A stretch of DNA of 64,000 bases from an uncultured Nitrososphaerota archaeon (lineage in GTDB: Archaea; Thermoproteota; Nitrososphaeria; Conexivisphaerales; DTJL01): contig CAWJIE010000005.1 of the NCBI GenBank assembly GCA_963842885.1, forward strand, positions 1 to 64,000, read 5' to 3'. Positions 38,652 through 47,924 of this stretch are shown here, one piece after another (the stretch's first letter is position 1; the number at the start of each line of letters is the position of its first letter). The notes under the pieces are model-generated. The model did no database searches. It was not told the origin of the DNA and was given only the letters and a program-made list of their open reading frames with translations. A program made the translations under genes and the position numbers.

Positions 38652-38867
38652 ATGGAGATGGACTGCAGAGGGTGCGGAGGCCTCATGAGGGTAAGCGGCA
38701 ACACCTCTTGTAGCGGCGAAATCGAGTACTACTGCCACAGGTGCGCCTTGGTCGTGATCTACGATACGAAGACGATGAAGATTGACGAGAAGAAGAGCGG
38801 CGAGCACACCGACACCCTCCGGAGACTGAGGATTGAAGCCGCCGCCGAAATGAAACGTGGCAATTGA
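38652..38867 (+). CDS. Small Zn-ribbon protein
   Basis: CRGC...CHRC; starts right after the activator stop. Confidence 0.6.
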   Translation: MEMDCRGCGGLMRVSGNTSCSGEIEYYCHRCALVVIYDTKTMKIDEKKSGEHTDTLRRLRIEAAAEMKRGN

Positions 38868-39057
38868 TTTCGCCGGCCCGAATGGAGATTCGCCGTGGAA
38901 CGTGACGAGTGGGCGACGATGACTGGCGCGAAGCTGATCGAAGGTTTCCCCTCTTCATGGGTTGCCGTCCGAGGTAGCCCTATCGTGCAATATACACAAT
39001 AACGCCCCCCAAAGGGGACGGCGTTACCCGTATTCGCAGACCCTTTCCGATGGAGTC

Positions 39058-39303
39058 TTACTTGGAGCGTTTCTTGTAGGCGACCGCGCAGGCCTTGGCA
39101 TGGAACGGCAGCTTGGTCCCGCCAATGGTCTCGAAGTATGGCCCATAGACGATGATGCCTCCGCAGAAGGCGCACTTCTTCTCGCCGAATGCATCGGCGC
39201 AGGCCTTGGCATGGAACGGCAGCTTCTTTCCACCGATTACCTCGTAATAGGGCTCGTACGCGATTATTCCACCGCAGAAAGCGCATTTCAATTCTTTTGC
39301 CAA
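39058..39303 (-). CDS. Tandem TRASH/YHS-like metal-binding protein
   Basis: Two 37-aa repeats KCAFCGGII.Y.PY.E.IGG.KLPFHAKACA.A, a 111-bp DNA duplication. Confidence 0.75.
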   Translation of the reverse strand: MAKELKCAFCGGIIAYEPYYEVIGGKKLPFHAKACADAFGEKKCAFCGGIIVYGPYFETIGGTKLPFHAKACAVAYKKRSK

Positions 39304-39419
39304 TTACGTTCGCACCTCTTGAGCGTGCCAGAGCTTAAGAAGTTTTTCATGTTGACGATATCTATTAACGTCCACCGATGCCTTGTCTGATCTCAAGCTA
39401 GAGGAAGAGAAGAGGCCAG

Positions 39420-40115
39420 TCAGTCCTTGCCGATCCTCTGCTTCAACTCGTCGACGATTTGAAAGCCGGATGAAGTGCCAAGCGTATCGGCCCCATCACC
39501 TATGAGGCGCAACGCCGTGTCCAGGTCCTTGATTTCGCCGGTGGCCTTGACCTTGACCCTGGAGCCCACGGTGGTCCTCAGAAAACGGATGCCTTCTTCC
39601 GTCGCGGCCCCCCCTGTTCCCCAGCCGCTGGAATTGGTCACAGAGGCGACTCCTGCCTCTTCGGCCAGCGACGCTGCCCTTATCCGTTCCTCGATGTCCA
39701 GCTGAGGGAGCTCCAGCGCCGCGTTCACAGGTCTCCCACGCGCAGCCTTGACGACTGCGGCCAGCTCGCCCTTGAACCTTGTGAACAGGCCTGACCTGAG
39801 GTACCCGAGATTGGGTAGATACTCGAACATGTCAGCCCCAGCCGCGATCCCACGTTCGACCTCGACCACCTTCGATTCGGTGGATGAGCCGCCCAGAGAA
39901 TACCCAACAAAGACGGACAGGAGGACATCCTCTCCTCGGATTACCTGCTTGACGTCAGTCGCCCAGCAGCCCTGGACCGCGACAGCGCGAAATCGATATT
40001 GGGCAGTCTTGGTCACGAACGCCAGGACCTCCTGCCAGCTGGCCCCCGGAGCAGAGAAGGTGCTGTGAATCATCGAGCGTAGTGCCTCCACGGAAGGCAA
40101 CTCTTCTGTCGACAT
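39420..40115 (-). CDS. Deoxyribose-phosphate aldolase-like protein lacking the Schiff-base Lys
   Basis: DeoC layout (VGYSLG..TESKVVE, GAD, GAT.E, VKATG.I, GTSSG) but VTNSSG in place of VKTSTG. Confidence 0.8.
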   Translation of the reverse strand: MSTEELPSVEALRSMIHSTFSAPGASWQEVLAFVTKTAQYRFRAVAVQGCWATDVKQVIRGEDVLLSVFVGYSLGGSSTESKVVEVERGIAAGADMFEYLPNLGYLRSGLFTRFKGELAAVVKAARGRPVNAALELPQLDIEERIRAASLAEEAGVASVTNSSGWGTGGAATEEGIRFLRTTVGSRVKVKATGEIKDLDTALRLIGDGADTLGTSSGFQIVDELKQRIGKD

Positions 40116-40382
40116 CGATTCTCAGCGGATGGTTAGACCCTGCGCCTTTAAAGTCCATGTCCATGACCCTGTCGACTCCGGTGGGCTCGGGGACCCCTGC
40201 AGCGCGAACCGCATGACTCCCTATTCTTCAATCCCTACGGTTCCTTCGGACCCTTCTCGCGGCGTCCCCTTGGCACCTCGGACAGTGCCAGAGAGGGGCG
40301 GCGGCCGACGAAGCGCGAGGCATCCCCTATATACTCGCCAAGGCTACTATGACTGGCGGAACGCGCATCGGTTGATTGTATA

Positions 40383-41171
40383 ATGTTGAAACTACATGAC
40401 AAGCTGCAGCGCGGGATAGAGAGGGCCTTCTTCGGAGGCAGATCGACCCGGGCGAGCGCCTACGTCACCTACGCGCTAGGAAGCATCGTACTGATGTTGA
40501 TCCTCTTCTACTTCCTGCTCAATACCGTCGGCTACGATTGGACCGGACGGTTGTACGCGCCCGGGACAGGCTTCCACCTCGACGTCCTGACAGGCGGCCT
40601 GGACGATGCGATTCCGTTCGTGCCACAGATGGTCATCTTCTACGTCTACCTCTTCTACCCCATGGTCATATTGACCATGCTCTACTTCGCGTTTGTTGAA
40701 TACAGGGGAGGTTATGCCCTTGGGTGGTCTCTCGTTTCGATCAACGCCATCGCCCTAGCCGTTTACGTTGTCTTCCCCGTTTCGACGTACTGGTGGAGGC
40801 AGGAGCTGTTGGCGCAACCCATCGCCGGCAACTTCTGGGCCACCCAGGTGTACGGCATCTTCGCCAACGACACCTCCTTCAACTGCTTCCCCAGCCTTCA
40901 CGCCGCGGTCTCCACCATCTGTTTCTACACCTGGTACAGGTACGCCAAGGTGCGATCCGGAAAGGTCACTTGGACCCTGGCCCTCCTCTCCCTAGGCGTG
41001 GCGGTGGGCGTCATCCTTTCGACCCTGTTCATCAAGCAGCACTACATCGCCGACGAGGTCTCCGGGATAATATTGGCCTTGGCCGTCGGCAAGCCCCTCT
41101 TCGACAGGCTGTGGATCCCCTCCAGGGCGGCCGAATACCATTCGGAACGGCCGCCGGTGGCGACGGCCTGA
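40383..41171 (+). CDS. PAP2-superfamily membrane phosphoesterase (AUR1-like)
   Basis: LDD.IPFVP, NCFPSLH, STLFIKQHYIAD. Confidence 0.85.
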   Translation: MLKLHDKLQRGIERAFFGGRSTRASAYVTYALGSIVLMLILFYFLLNTVGYDWTGRLYAPGTGFHLDVLTGGLDDAIPFVPQMVIFYVYLFYPMVILTMLYFAFVEYRGGYALGWSLVSINAIALAVYVVFPVSTYWWRQELLAQPIAGNFWATQVYGIFANDTSFNCFPSLHAAVSTICFYTWYRYAKVRSGKVTWTLALLSLGVAVGVILSTLFIKQHYIADEVSGIILALAVGKPLFDRLWIPSRAAEYHSERPPVATA

Positions 41172-41191
41172 GATCGAGACCGTCGGAGTTG

Positions 41192-42202
41192 GTGATTCGC
41201 TTGCATGATGTCGTCGGGCGGCTCCTGCTCTCCCGAGACCCTTCGATCAGGCTGAGGACGAGGGTCGAAGTGCTGGGAGAGGACCTAAGCGGGCATGAAA
41301 GGGAGAGGCTCGACCAAGAGATTGTGTCGTCGGTCAGGGTCCGCTCTCTGCTCTCTGAACGGGAAGCAGACGGCCGGATTCAATCTCATCCCTACGCCAA
41401 ATGGTTCGGAGCCCACTGGGTCTTGGCCTCCCTGGCCGACCTAGGGTATCCTCCCGGGGACCGGTCTCTGGGTCCGCTGATGGAGCAGGTTTACGAATGG
41501 CTCTTCTCCGAGGCGCACTTGAAGCTGCAACCCCATCGCCACGCCTACGCCGCTCCCATCAGGCTGGTCTCGGGAAGGCCGAGGATTCACGCTTCCATGG
41601 AGGGGAACGCCGTCTACTATTCCCTGAAGCTCGGCATCGGCGACAAAAGGACCGACCTCCTAGCAAAGAGACTCGTTGACCTCCAGTGGCCCGACGGTGG
41701 CTGGAACTGCGACCGGAGACCGGGGGCCACGAACTCCTCCTTCCATGAAAGCCTTCTCCCTCTGAGGGGTCTTGCCCTCCATGCACGCACGAAGGGGAAC
41801 GCCGAGTCACTTCATGCAAGCGCGCGGGCGGCGGAGATCTTCCTGAAGAGGAGGCTTCTCTGGAGCTATCGCAGGCCCGAAGAGCTGATCTCTGTGCGGT
41901 TCCAAGAAACGGCCTATCCCTACTACTGGCATTATGGAGTCCTGCCCGGCTTGAAGGTCTTGGCCGAGGCAGGTTTCATCGGTGACAGGCGCTGCGACGA
42001 CGCGATCAGCCTCCTCATGGGCAAGCGCCTGCCTGATGGCGGTTTCCCTTGCGAAAGGACATACTACCGTAGGGGCCGGAGAGCCACCTCCGGTCGTTCT
42101 CTGTGCGACTGGGGTGTAGCGGGCCACACAAGGATGAACGAATTCGTCACGGTGGATGCACTCTGCGTCCTCAAATCCAAGGGCCTCTCCCTCCAGGGTT
42201 GA
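41192..42202 (+). CDS. Prenyltransferase/squalene-cyclase repeat-like protein
   Basis: HPYAKW.GAHW, QWPDGGWNC, SSFHE, YPYYWHY, DGGF. Confidence 0.7.
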   Translation: MIRLHDVVGRLLLSRDPSIRLRTRVEVLGEDLSGHERERLDQEIVSSVRVRSLLSEREADGRIQSHPYAKWFGAHWVLASLADLGYPPGDRSLGPLMEQVYEWLFSEAHLKLQPHRHAYAAPIRLVSGRPRIHASMEGNAVYYSLKLGIGDKRTDLLAKRLVDLQWPDGGWNCDRRPGATNSSFHESLLPLRGLALHARTKGNAESLHASARAAEIFLKRRLLWSYRRPEELISVRFQETAYPYYWHYGVLPGLKVLAEAGFIGDRRCDDAISLLMGKRLPDGGFPCERTYYRRGRRATSGRSLCDWGVAGHTRMNEFVTVDALCVLKSKGLSLQG

Positions 42203-42253
42203 ACAAGAGGACCATCGCGTGCGCCGCTGGGCGTGACAATGACGAACGAAAGA

Positions 42254-42691
42254 CTAGGAGCCCTGTAGAGCCATATGCTGACTGATCTTCGCCATGAGCG
42301 TCTCCCTAGGGAGGGCACCGACTATCCTGTCAATCACAGTGCCGTCCCTAGATATCAGGATCGTGGGGATTCCCTGTATGCCGAAGCGATCGGAAGTCCT
42401 CGGGTTCTCGTCGACGTTCATCTTGCCTAGGACGAGCTTACCGGCGTTCTCCTTGGCTATCTCTTCAAGGATGGGCGAAACCCATTGGCACGGGCCGCAC
42501 CACGGTGCCCAGAAATCGACCAGCATCAGTTTCTGGCTACCCAGGACCTCATCGAAGTTGGCGTCCGTGAGCTCCACGACGTTGTTCTCCCCGGCCGCGC
42601 CACCCCTAGCCTCTGCGGCCTTCTCCTTGTCCCACTGCCTCCTCCTCTTCTCAAGGAGGGTCGCGATGTCGTCTTCAGCTTCCAAGCCCAT
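42254..42691 (-). CDS. trxA: Thioredoxin
   Basis: DFWAPWCGPC, GIPT; N-terminal helical extension. Confidence 0.93.
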   Translation of the reverse strand: MGLEAEDDIATLLEKRRRQWDKEKAAEARGGAAGENNVVELTDANFDEVLGSQKLMLVDFWAPWCGPCQWVSPILEEIAKENAGKLVLGKMNVDENPRTSDRFGIQGIPTILISRDGTVIDRIVGALPRETLMAKISQHMALQGS

Positions 42692-42803
42692 GCTCACTCC
42701 GTCACGCGTCCCTGTGAATGAGTCTCTAGTCTTAAAAAGTTGCCCGCCTTCCCGGCTCTGCACGCTCGATTGACGGCCTCTCCATGGCAACCTTTAATCG
42801 GAT

Positions 42804-43511
42804 GTGCCTTGGTGGCAGGCCAGAGAGAGGATGGCGCTCATTTCGAAAGGCCTTTCCCTGCTTCTGGAATGGGGTGCCAGGGCGGTCGCACTCATGGCCT
42901 TGGCCTATTCACTGTTTCTGATCGCCAGCCAGGAATTCTGGATCACCCCATTGGGAGGCACAAGCCCATTCTCCCTCGGTTCTGCCAGCCTCCTATACCT
43001 TCTGTCCCAGTACCAGTTCGCCCGAGATGGGCGAGGCAGGGCTGGCTCGGTCATCCTCGGCGTCCTTTTCGCCAACGCCTTCCTTCAGACGTACGAAATC
43101 ATCTATCATTTCACCTTCCCGGTGTACAGCCTCCGGTATCCCTTCCTGCAGGGGATGGACGTCAAATTCCTGATTGTGGAGCTCACCATGGTGCTGCCCC
43201 TGCTCCTCATGCGCAAGGACCTGTCGGTGAAGAAGGTCAGCGCCTACACCCTGGGTCTCTTCCTCCTGAGCATGCTCGTCTGGGTTCTCTTTGGCTTCCC
43301 CCAGTACTTTTCGAGTGTCTACTACTTTCAGCCTGTCTTGCATACGGGCGACCCGTACCACGTGGCACTCGCTCTCAATTACGGCTCCAAGGTGATCCTG
43401 GCAGCCTTCTTCCTGACCCTGCTCAAGATTCGCAGGCCGGGAAGGGCAGCCCTCTGGGGGAGGAAGGTTAAGGCAGCTCGGCCGGGGGGCGCTCCGGGCT
43501 CCGCTCAGTAA
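42804..43511 (+). CDS. Hypothetical membrane protein
   Basis: About six TM segments. Confidence 0.65.
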   Translation: MPWWQARERMALISKGLSLLLEWGARAVALMALAYSLFLIASQEFWITPLGGTSPFSLGSASLLYLLSQYQFARDGRGRAGSVILGVLFANAFLQTYEIIYHFTFPVYSLRYPFLQGMDVKFLIVELTMVLPLLLMRKDLSVKKVSAYTLGLFLLSMLVWVLFGFPQYFSSVYYFQPVLHTGDPYHVALALNYGSKVILAAFFLTLLKIRRPGRAALWGRKVKAARPGGAPGSAQ

Positions 43512-43560
43512 CTACTGTAGAGTTTAAAGCTCTCGGAGAGGACCATTGGGCGGATAGGAC

Positions 43561-44013
43561 TTGGTCGTTCAAGTGAAGGAGATCATGGTAACCAAGATAA
43601 CTTCTCTGGCCATTGAACGCAACGTCAGAGAGGCCGCAGAGCTGATGACTAGGGCCGATGTGGGCAGCATTCTGGTTTACGCCGAGGGAAACCCCGTCGG
43701 AATCGTCACCGAGAGGGACATCGTAAGGAAGATCGTCGCCGAAGGGGTCGACGCCTCCAAGGTACTCGTAACGGATGTGATGACCACCCCTCTCATCACC
43801 ATCCCGTCCACCTCCTCCATAGAGGAGGCCTCTGAGCATATGACCACCTACAGGATTCGATACCTTCCTGTAGTCGACGAAGGCGAAGTAGTCGGAATGG
43901 TGGCGGCTAGGGAAATCGCCTTCGCTCTTGCCAAGGAACACAACTTCGAAGACGTAAGGCTCAACGCCATCGCCGGAGTCAGGTCAGGGCAGCTCCCATC
44001 TCCCTACGATTGA
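43561..44013 (+). CDS. CBS domain pair protein
   Basis: VKEIM, GIVTERDI, V.DVMT.P, LPVVD. Confidence 0.9.
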   Translation: MVVQVKEIMVTKITSLAIERNVREAAELMTRADVGSILVYAEGNPVGIVTERDIVRKIVAEGVDASKVLVTDVMTTPLITIPSTSSIEEASEHMTTYRIRYLPVVDEGEVVGMVAAREIAFALAKEHNFEDVRLNAIAGVRSGQLPSPYD

Positions 44014-44074
44014 ACCGGCACACCTTCGGAAGTAGGCTGACCCTGTGTGTCTCACTCTAGGGTTAAATTGGAGG

Positions 44075-44200
44075 CGCCGCCGGCAGGACTCGAACCTGCG
44101 ACCAGCTGGTCTCTGCGTGGATTAACAGCTTCAGCCTTCTTGGAAGTCAGCTGCTCTACCACGCTGAGCTTTCGTCGACCGCAACGGGGCCAACGGCGGC
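44075..44200 (-). tRNA. tRNA-Asn(GTT) with three introns (8/9 at 44171-44192; 30/31 at 44130-44147; 37/38 at 44111-44122)
   Basis: Removing the three inserts yields a perfect 74-nt cloverleaf GCCGCCG TA GCTC AGCGTGGTA GAGC A GCTGG CTGTTAA CCAGC TGGTC GCAGG TTCGAGT CCTGC CGGCGGC G; each insert forms a BHB/BHL. TTATAA box at 44239-44244. Confidence 0.92.
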
Positions 44201-44554
44201 TCGACGGCAGCGCTCGGAAGGGCTGAAGGGAGGTTTCGTTATAAGCGTTATGGGGACAAGTCTGTCACTGTAGGCACCGCCTTAACTGGAGGTGGAACAC
44301 GACATGGTCGGCGGGCCTTCGAAGACAGAGCCCTTGTGAATAGGACGGAAGCTCTGACGAGGACCGCCGTGACAAAGCACTGCTCCCAGAATCGCTTCAG
44401 CTAGTTTCTGGCCTTCTGCAACTGGACGCGTTCTCGTGTGCTCGCGCAGGGACCGTGGACGGCCGACGACAGGGAGAAGGAATCCTCCTCCCACCGGCGC
44501 GTCCTCTGTGAAGAAACAGGTGCAGGCAGGAATTGAAAGGGGGGAGGCCCAGAT

Positions 44555-45548
44555 CTAGCTTCCGGCGCTCATTGTCGCCCCGAGCTCCCGCCGCCTCTGC
44601 CTGCAGAGGAGGATAGGCCGGTCCGCCTTGTTCAGGAACTCGCCCATATCGAGGGAGGACCTCTTGGGGAGCTGGCTCTCGACGACGGGTTTGTCCTGGT
44701 TGGCGACGATCCTGTTGAACAGCTTCCCTATCATGTCGAAGGCCTGACGGAGGAGGGGAACCCTGACCATCCTCTGGTACTGCCGAATGTACATCATGGT
44801 GTTGCCTTCGTCCACAGGCGCGAACGCGGCAAACACCCTTAGTCCGTCCGAAATCCAGTTCTCCCAGATGTTGGGGAAGATGAATTGGAGATGGGTCTTC
44901 GAGGTTTCGATCCTCGCCTCCTCGGGCATCAGCGGCCTCTGCCCGTTGTCCTTTTGGTTGTCGGGCCAGATAACGAGCGAATCCCCCTCCAGTGTGCAGG
45001 CCGGGCCATTCACGAGGGTCCTTCCTCCGCGCCCTATGGTCGAAGCATGCACGAAGGGAACATGGGCTACGTCCAGCTGGTTCTCTATGGCGCGGGAGTA
45101 GTGAGTGGCCCAGGGGGACCTAAGGGTGGAGCTGGAGAAGGATTCGTCGATGTCATCGAAAAAGGGGATGTGCGGATAGGCGTCGCGGGGCTCGCCCCAC
45201 CATAGCCAGATGAAGCCGTGTTCGTCTCTAACGGGGAATGAGGGGGCAGAATAGCGGTCGGGGATTGGCGATGCCTTGCCGTTTGCCGGTATGAGCTTGC
45301 ATGCCCCCGAGCCTCCGAACTCTCAGCCCGTGGAACGGGCACTGGATGTTGCCTCCTAGGACCTTCCCGGTGCTAAGGGACGCCCCACGGTGGACGCAGG
45401 TGTCGGCCACGCACTGGACGGCACCCTTCTGGTCGCGCCAGAACGCTAGCTTCTTCCCCATTCGTGTGGCGCCCAAGGGCCTCCCTTGCCTGACTTCCTC
45501 GGATTCAAGTATGGCGTACCAGCGGTCGGGAATCAAATCTTGCTTCAT
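44555..45548 (-). CDS. Rieske non-heme iron oxygenase alpha subunit (VanA-like), frameshifted
   Basis: CVHRGA..CPFHG Rieske motif; ENQLDVAHVPFVH, QD..VV mononuclear iron motifs. Confidence 0.85.
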
Positions 45549-45614
45549 GCGTGGGGCTCCCCTAGTTAAACCCTGCTTGGCCCTGAAGTGCTTGTAAGCG
45601 TCGCTAGGACGAGC

Positions 45615-46590
45615 CTACTTCAGGTAAGCCTTCTCGAAGTCGGCCATGGCCTTCTTGACCTTGACGGCCCTCGGGGGGTTCTTGAACCCGAAGGCAGATA
45701 TGACCTCCTCGACGCCTCCCCTGCCCTTCGCCGCGAACGCCGCCCTGGCGGAGTCTAGGAGGATGTTGACCGCGTTGACGGGGTCGCTGCTCTTGAAGAA
45801 CACGTCCATAACGTACGGCTCGTCCAGCGGCCCCTTCCCCACTATCCACAGATACACCGTCCTCTTAGAGCCCATGAACTCCACGAAGTCCGTCGTCCCC
45901 GCCACCGTGTCCACCTTGTACGGCAGCTCCTCCGCGATGGACCTGCTCTTGATCCCCCTCTTGAACGCCCTTATTTCGTCTTGGAGAGTGTTCAGCGTGT
46001 CGGGCGAGCCGCCAACGTCCAGCTGGTAGCTCTTGACGACCCTTATCCCCCTCTGGTTGAGGAAGTCAAGTATGCCCTTGTGGAGCATGGTCCCGCCCAT
46101 CTGGCTCAGCAGGTCGTCGCCCACCAGGGGTGCCTTCGTCTTCTCGAATACCCGTCACGATGGACCGGTCGTTGGCCACGAGCGCCGGCGTCGCGTTCAC
46201 GAATGCGATCCCCATCCTCCCGCAGATCTCGGCGTACTTCTTCGACGACTTGTCCTGCCCCGAGCTGACGAGGTTGAGCGCCACGTCTATCTTCCCCTTC
46301 CTCAGCTCCGATGCCAGCGAGGATTCCCCCTGCTTCTCGAAGGACCCCTGCGACAGGCGCCTCGGCGGCTCGTCCAGGAGGAGCCCGGGCCTGACCTTCA
46401 CGCCAACCAGGGGGCTGCCCACCTTGTCGCCGTCGACGTCGTAGATGAGCCGGACCGAGAGCTCCTTCACGACGTGGCCGCCGACCTTCTCGTGCCACAG
46501 GCCCGACTTCTGGCCGGCACCGTACCTCTTCACCGATTCAACGAAAGCTCTTGCGCTGTTGCCCGCACCGAACAGGGCCACTCTGATCAA
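45615..46590 (-). CDS. Myo-inositol-1-phosphate synthase family protein, frameshifted
   Basis: GAGNSA, FVNATP, GDDL.SQMGGT.LH, YQLDVGG..D.LN, KI.S, FKNPP. Confidence 0.85.
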
Positions 46591-46596
46591 CTGGGC

Positions 46597-46788
46597 TCAC
46601 TCTTCGTACTTCGAAATCAGGGTCAAGAAGCCGGCCCCGCCCATGACGGCCCCCACTATGGCATAAGAGGCCTGTAGCGGCGGGTAGAGGGGCGGCGACG
46701 TGGTCAGCGCGTAGAACGCCACCAGGAAGCCCATGACCAGAGCTGCGGCGCCTAGAAGCCGCAGTATGACGGCGGCCCTGTCTGTCAT
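46597..46788 (-). CDS. Small two-TM protein
   Basis: 63-aa hydrophobic ORF coupled to the MIPS gene; TTTAAA box upstream. Confidence 0.6.
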   Translation of the reverse strand: MTDRAAVILRLLGAAALVMGFLVAFYALTTSPPLYPPLQASYAIVGAVMGGAGFLTLISKYEE

Positions 46789-46832
46789 TCCATCTAAAGC
46801 CCCCTAGCCCGTGAATTTAAACCCTTTTGCTT

Positions 46833-47924
46833 TCAGTGGCTCTTGGCCCACTCCAGCTTGTCGGGGAGGTACTTGTCCACGATGTAGGTGAGCCCGTACC
46901 TGGCGAACGCCTCCAGCTCGGCCTTCTTCCTGTACTTCAGGAAGCAGTCTATCTCGTCACGCCACAGCTTCTCCTCGTACCTGGGATCCTTCTGCAGCTC
47001 GTAGAGGCGCTTGATGTCCAGCTCGTTGAGCTTGTCGTGCGGCAGCTTGTACCTGTTGACGTCCGTCGCCCACACGCCGATCCACTTGGCGTCGGGCGTG
47101 GTCAGCTCCCTCAGGTGCGCGGCGTTCGCGGACCCGCTTATAATGACCATGGCGATGTGAGTGCCCCAGGGATCCGCGTCCGCAAGGACGTACACGGGGA
47201 GGTGGAGCTCCTGGTTGAGCCTCCTGATGATGTACCTGGTGCTCCTGGGCGGCTGCCCCGCCGTGTTGATGAGTATGGCCTTGTGCTTCCTGTGGACGTT
47301 CTCTTCGATGAACCTGGTGAAGAGGCCGCCCTTCTCGATGGCTATCACCATCTCCGCGTCGGTGTCGGCGAACTCGGCCGTCGTCAGGGCCGGCCCGATC
47401 ATGACCCCGTCGGGATGCGACGTCAGGTCCAGCCTCCTCCCCTCGTAGCCCGGAATGGTGTACTCCACGGTAAGGTTGCCGAAGATGGAGCTCCTCTCCT
47501 CCGGGTAGATGTTGAAGTCCTCCCTGGCCTTCATGAGTGCCGTCTCCAGGTCCGTTATGGTCTCGTCGGACTCGTCCTGGTCGGCGAACTCCGTGTTGTA
47601 CGCCTGGGCTGAATAGTACACGTCCCTGAGCGTCGAGGTCTTCTTCTCCCTGACCAACTGCTGCGAGAAGAACGCCAGCCAGAGGAGCTGGGTGTACGGC
47701 CGGATGTGCTTGACGTTGTGGGACGAGCGCTTCACCGACGACGCCCCCAGGATGAACTGCCTGAGCGCCTCGTCGTAGACTATGTTCTTGACGGACCGGC
47801 TGGGAAGCGTGATCTCGGGGAACCTCCCTCCCTCTATGGCCTCGTAGGCCTCCCTGCCCAGCTCCCTGAGCTGCCTGAAGACCTCCTCCTTCCTCTGCTC
47901 GGAGACCTTCCGCGCCTCCCTCAT
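46833..47924 (-). CDS. top6A: DNA topoisomerase VI subunit A
   Basis: STLRDVYY, IEKGG, AGQP, DADPWG, KAELEA. Confidence 0.96.
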   Translation of the reverse strand: MREARKVSEQRKEEVFRQLRELGREAYEAIEGGRFPEITLPSRSVKNIVYDEALRQFILGASSVKRSSHNVKHIRPYTQLLWLAFFSQQLVREKKTSTLRDVYYSAQAYNTEFADQDESDETITDLETALMKAREDFNIYPEERSSIFGNLTVEYTIPGYEGRRLDLTSHPDGVMIGPALTTAEFADTDAEMVIAIEKGGLFTRFIEENVHRKHKAILINTAGQPPRSTRYIIRRLNQELHLPVYVLADADPWGTHIAMVIISGSANAAHLRELTTPDAKWIGVWATDVNRYKLPHDKLNELDIKRLYELQKDPRYEEKLWRDEIDCFLKYRKKAELEAFARYGLTYIVDKYLPDKLEWAKSH

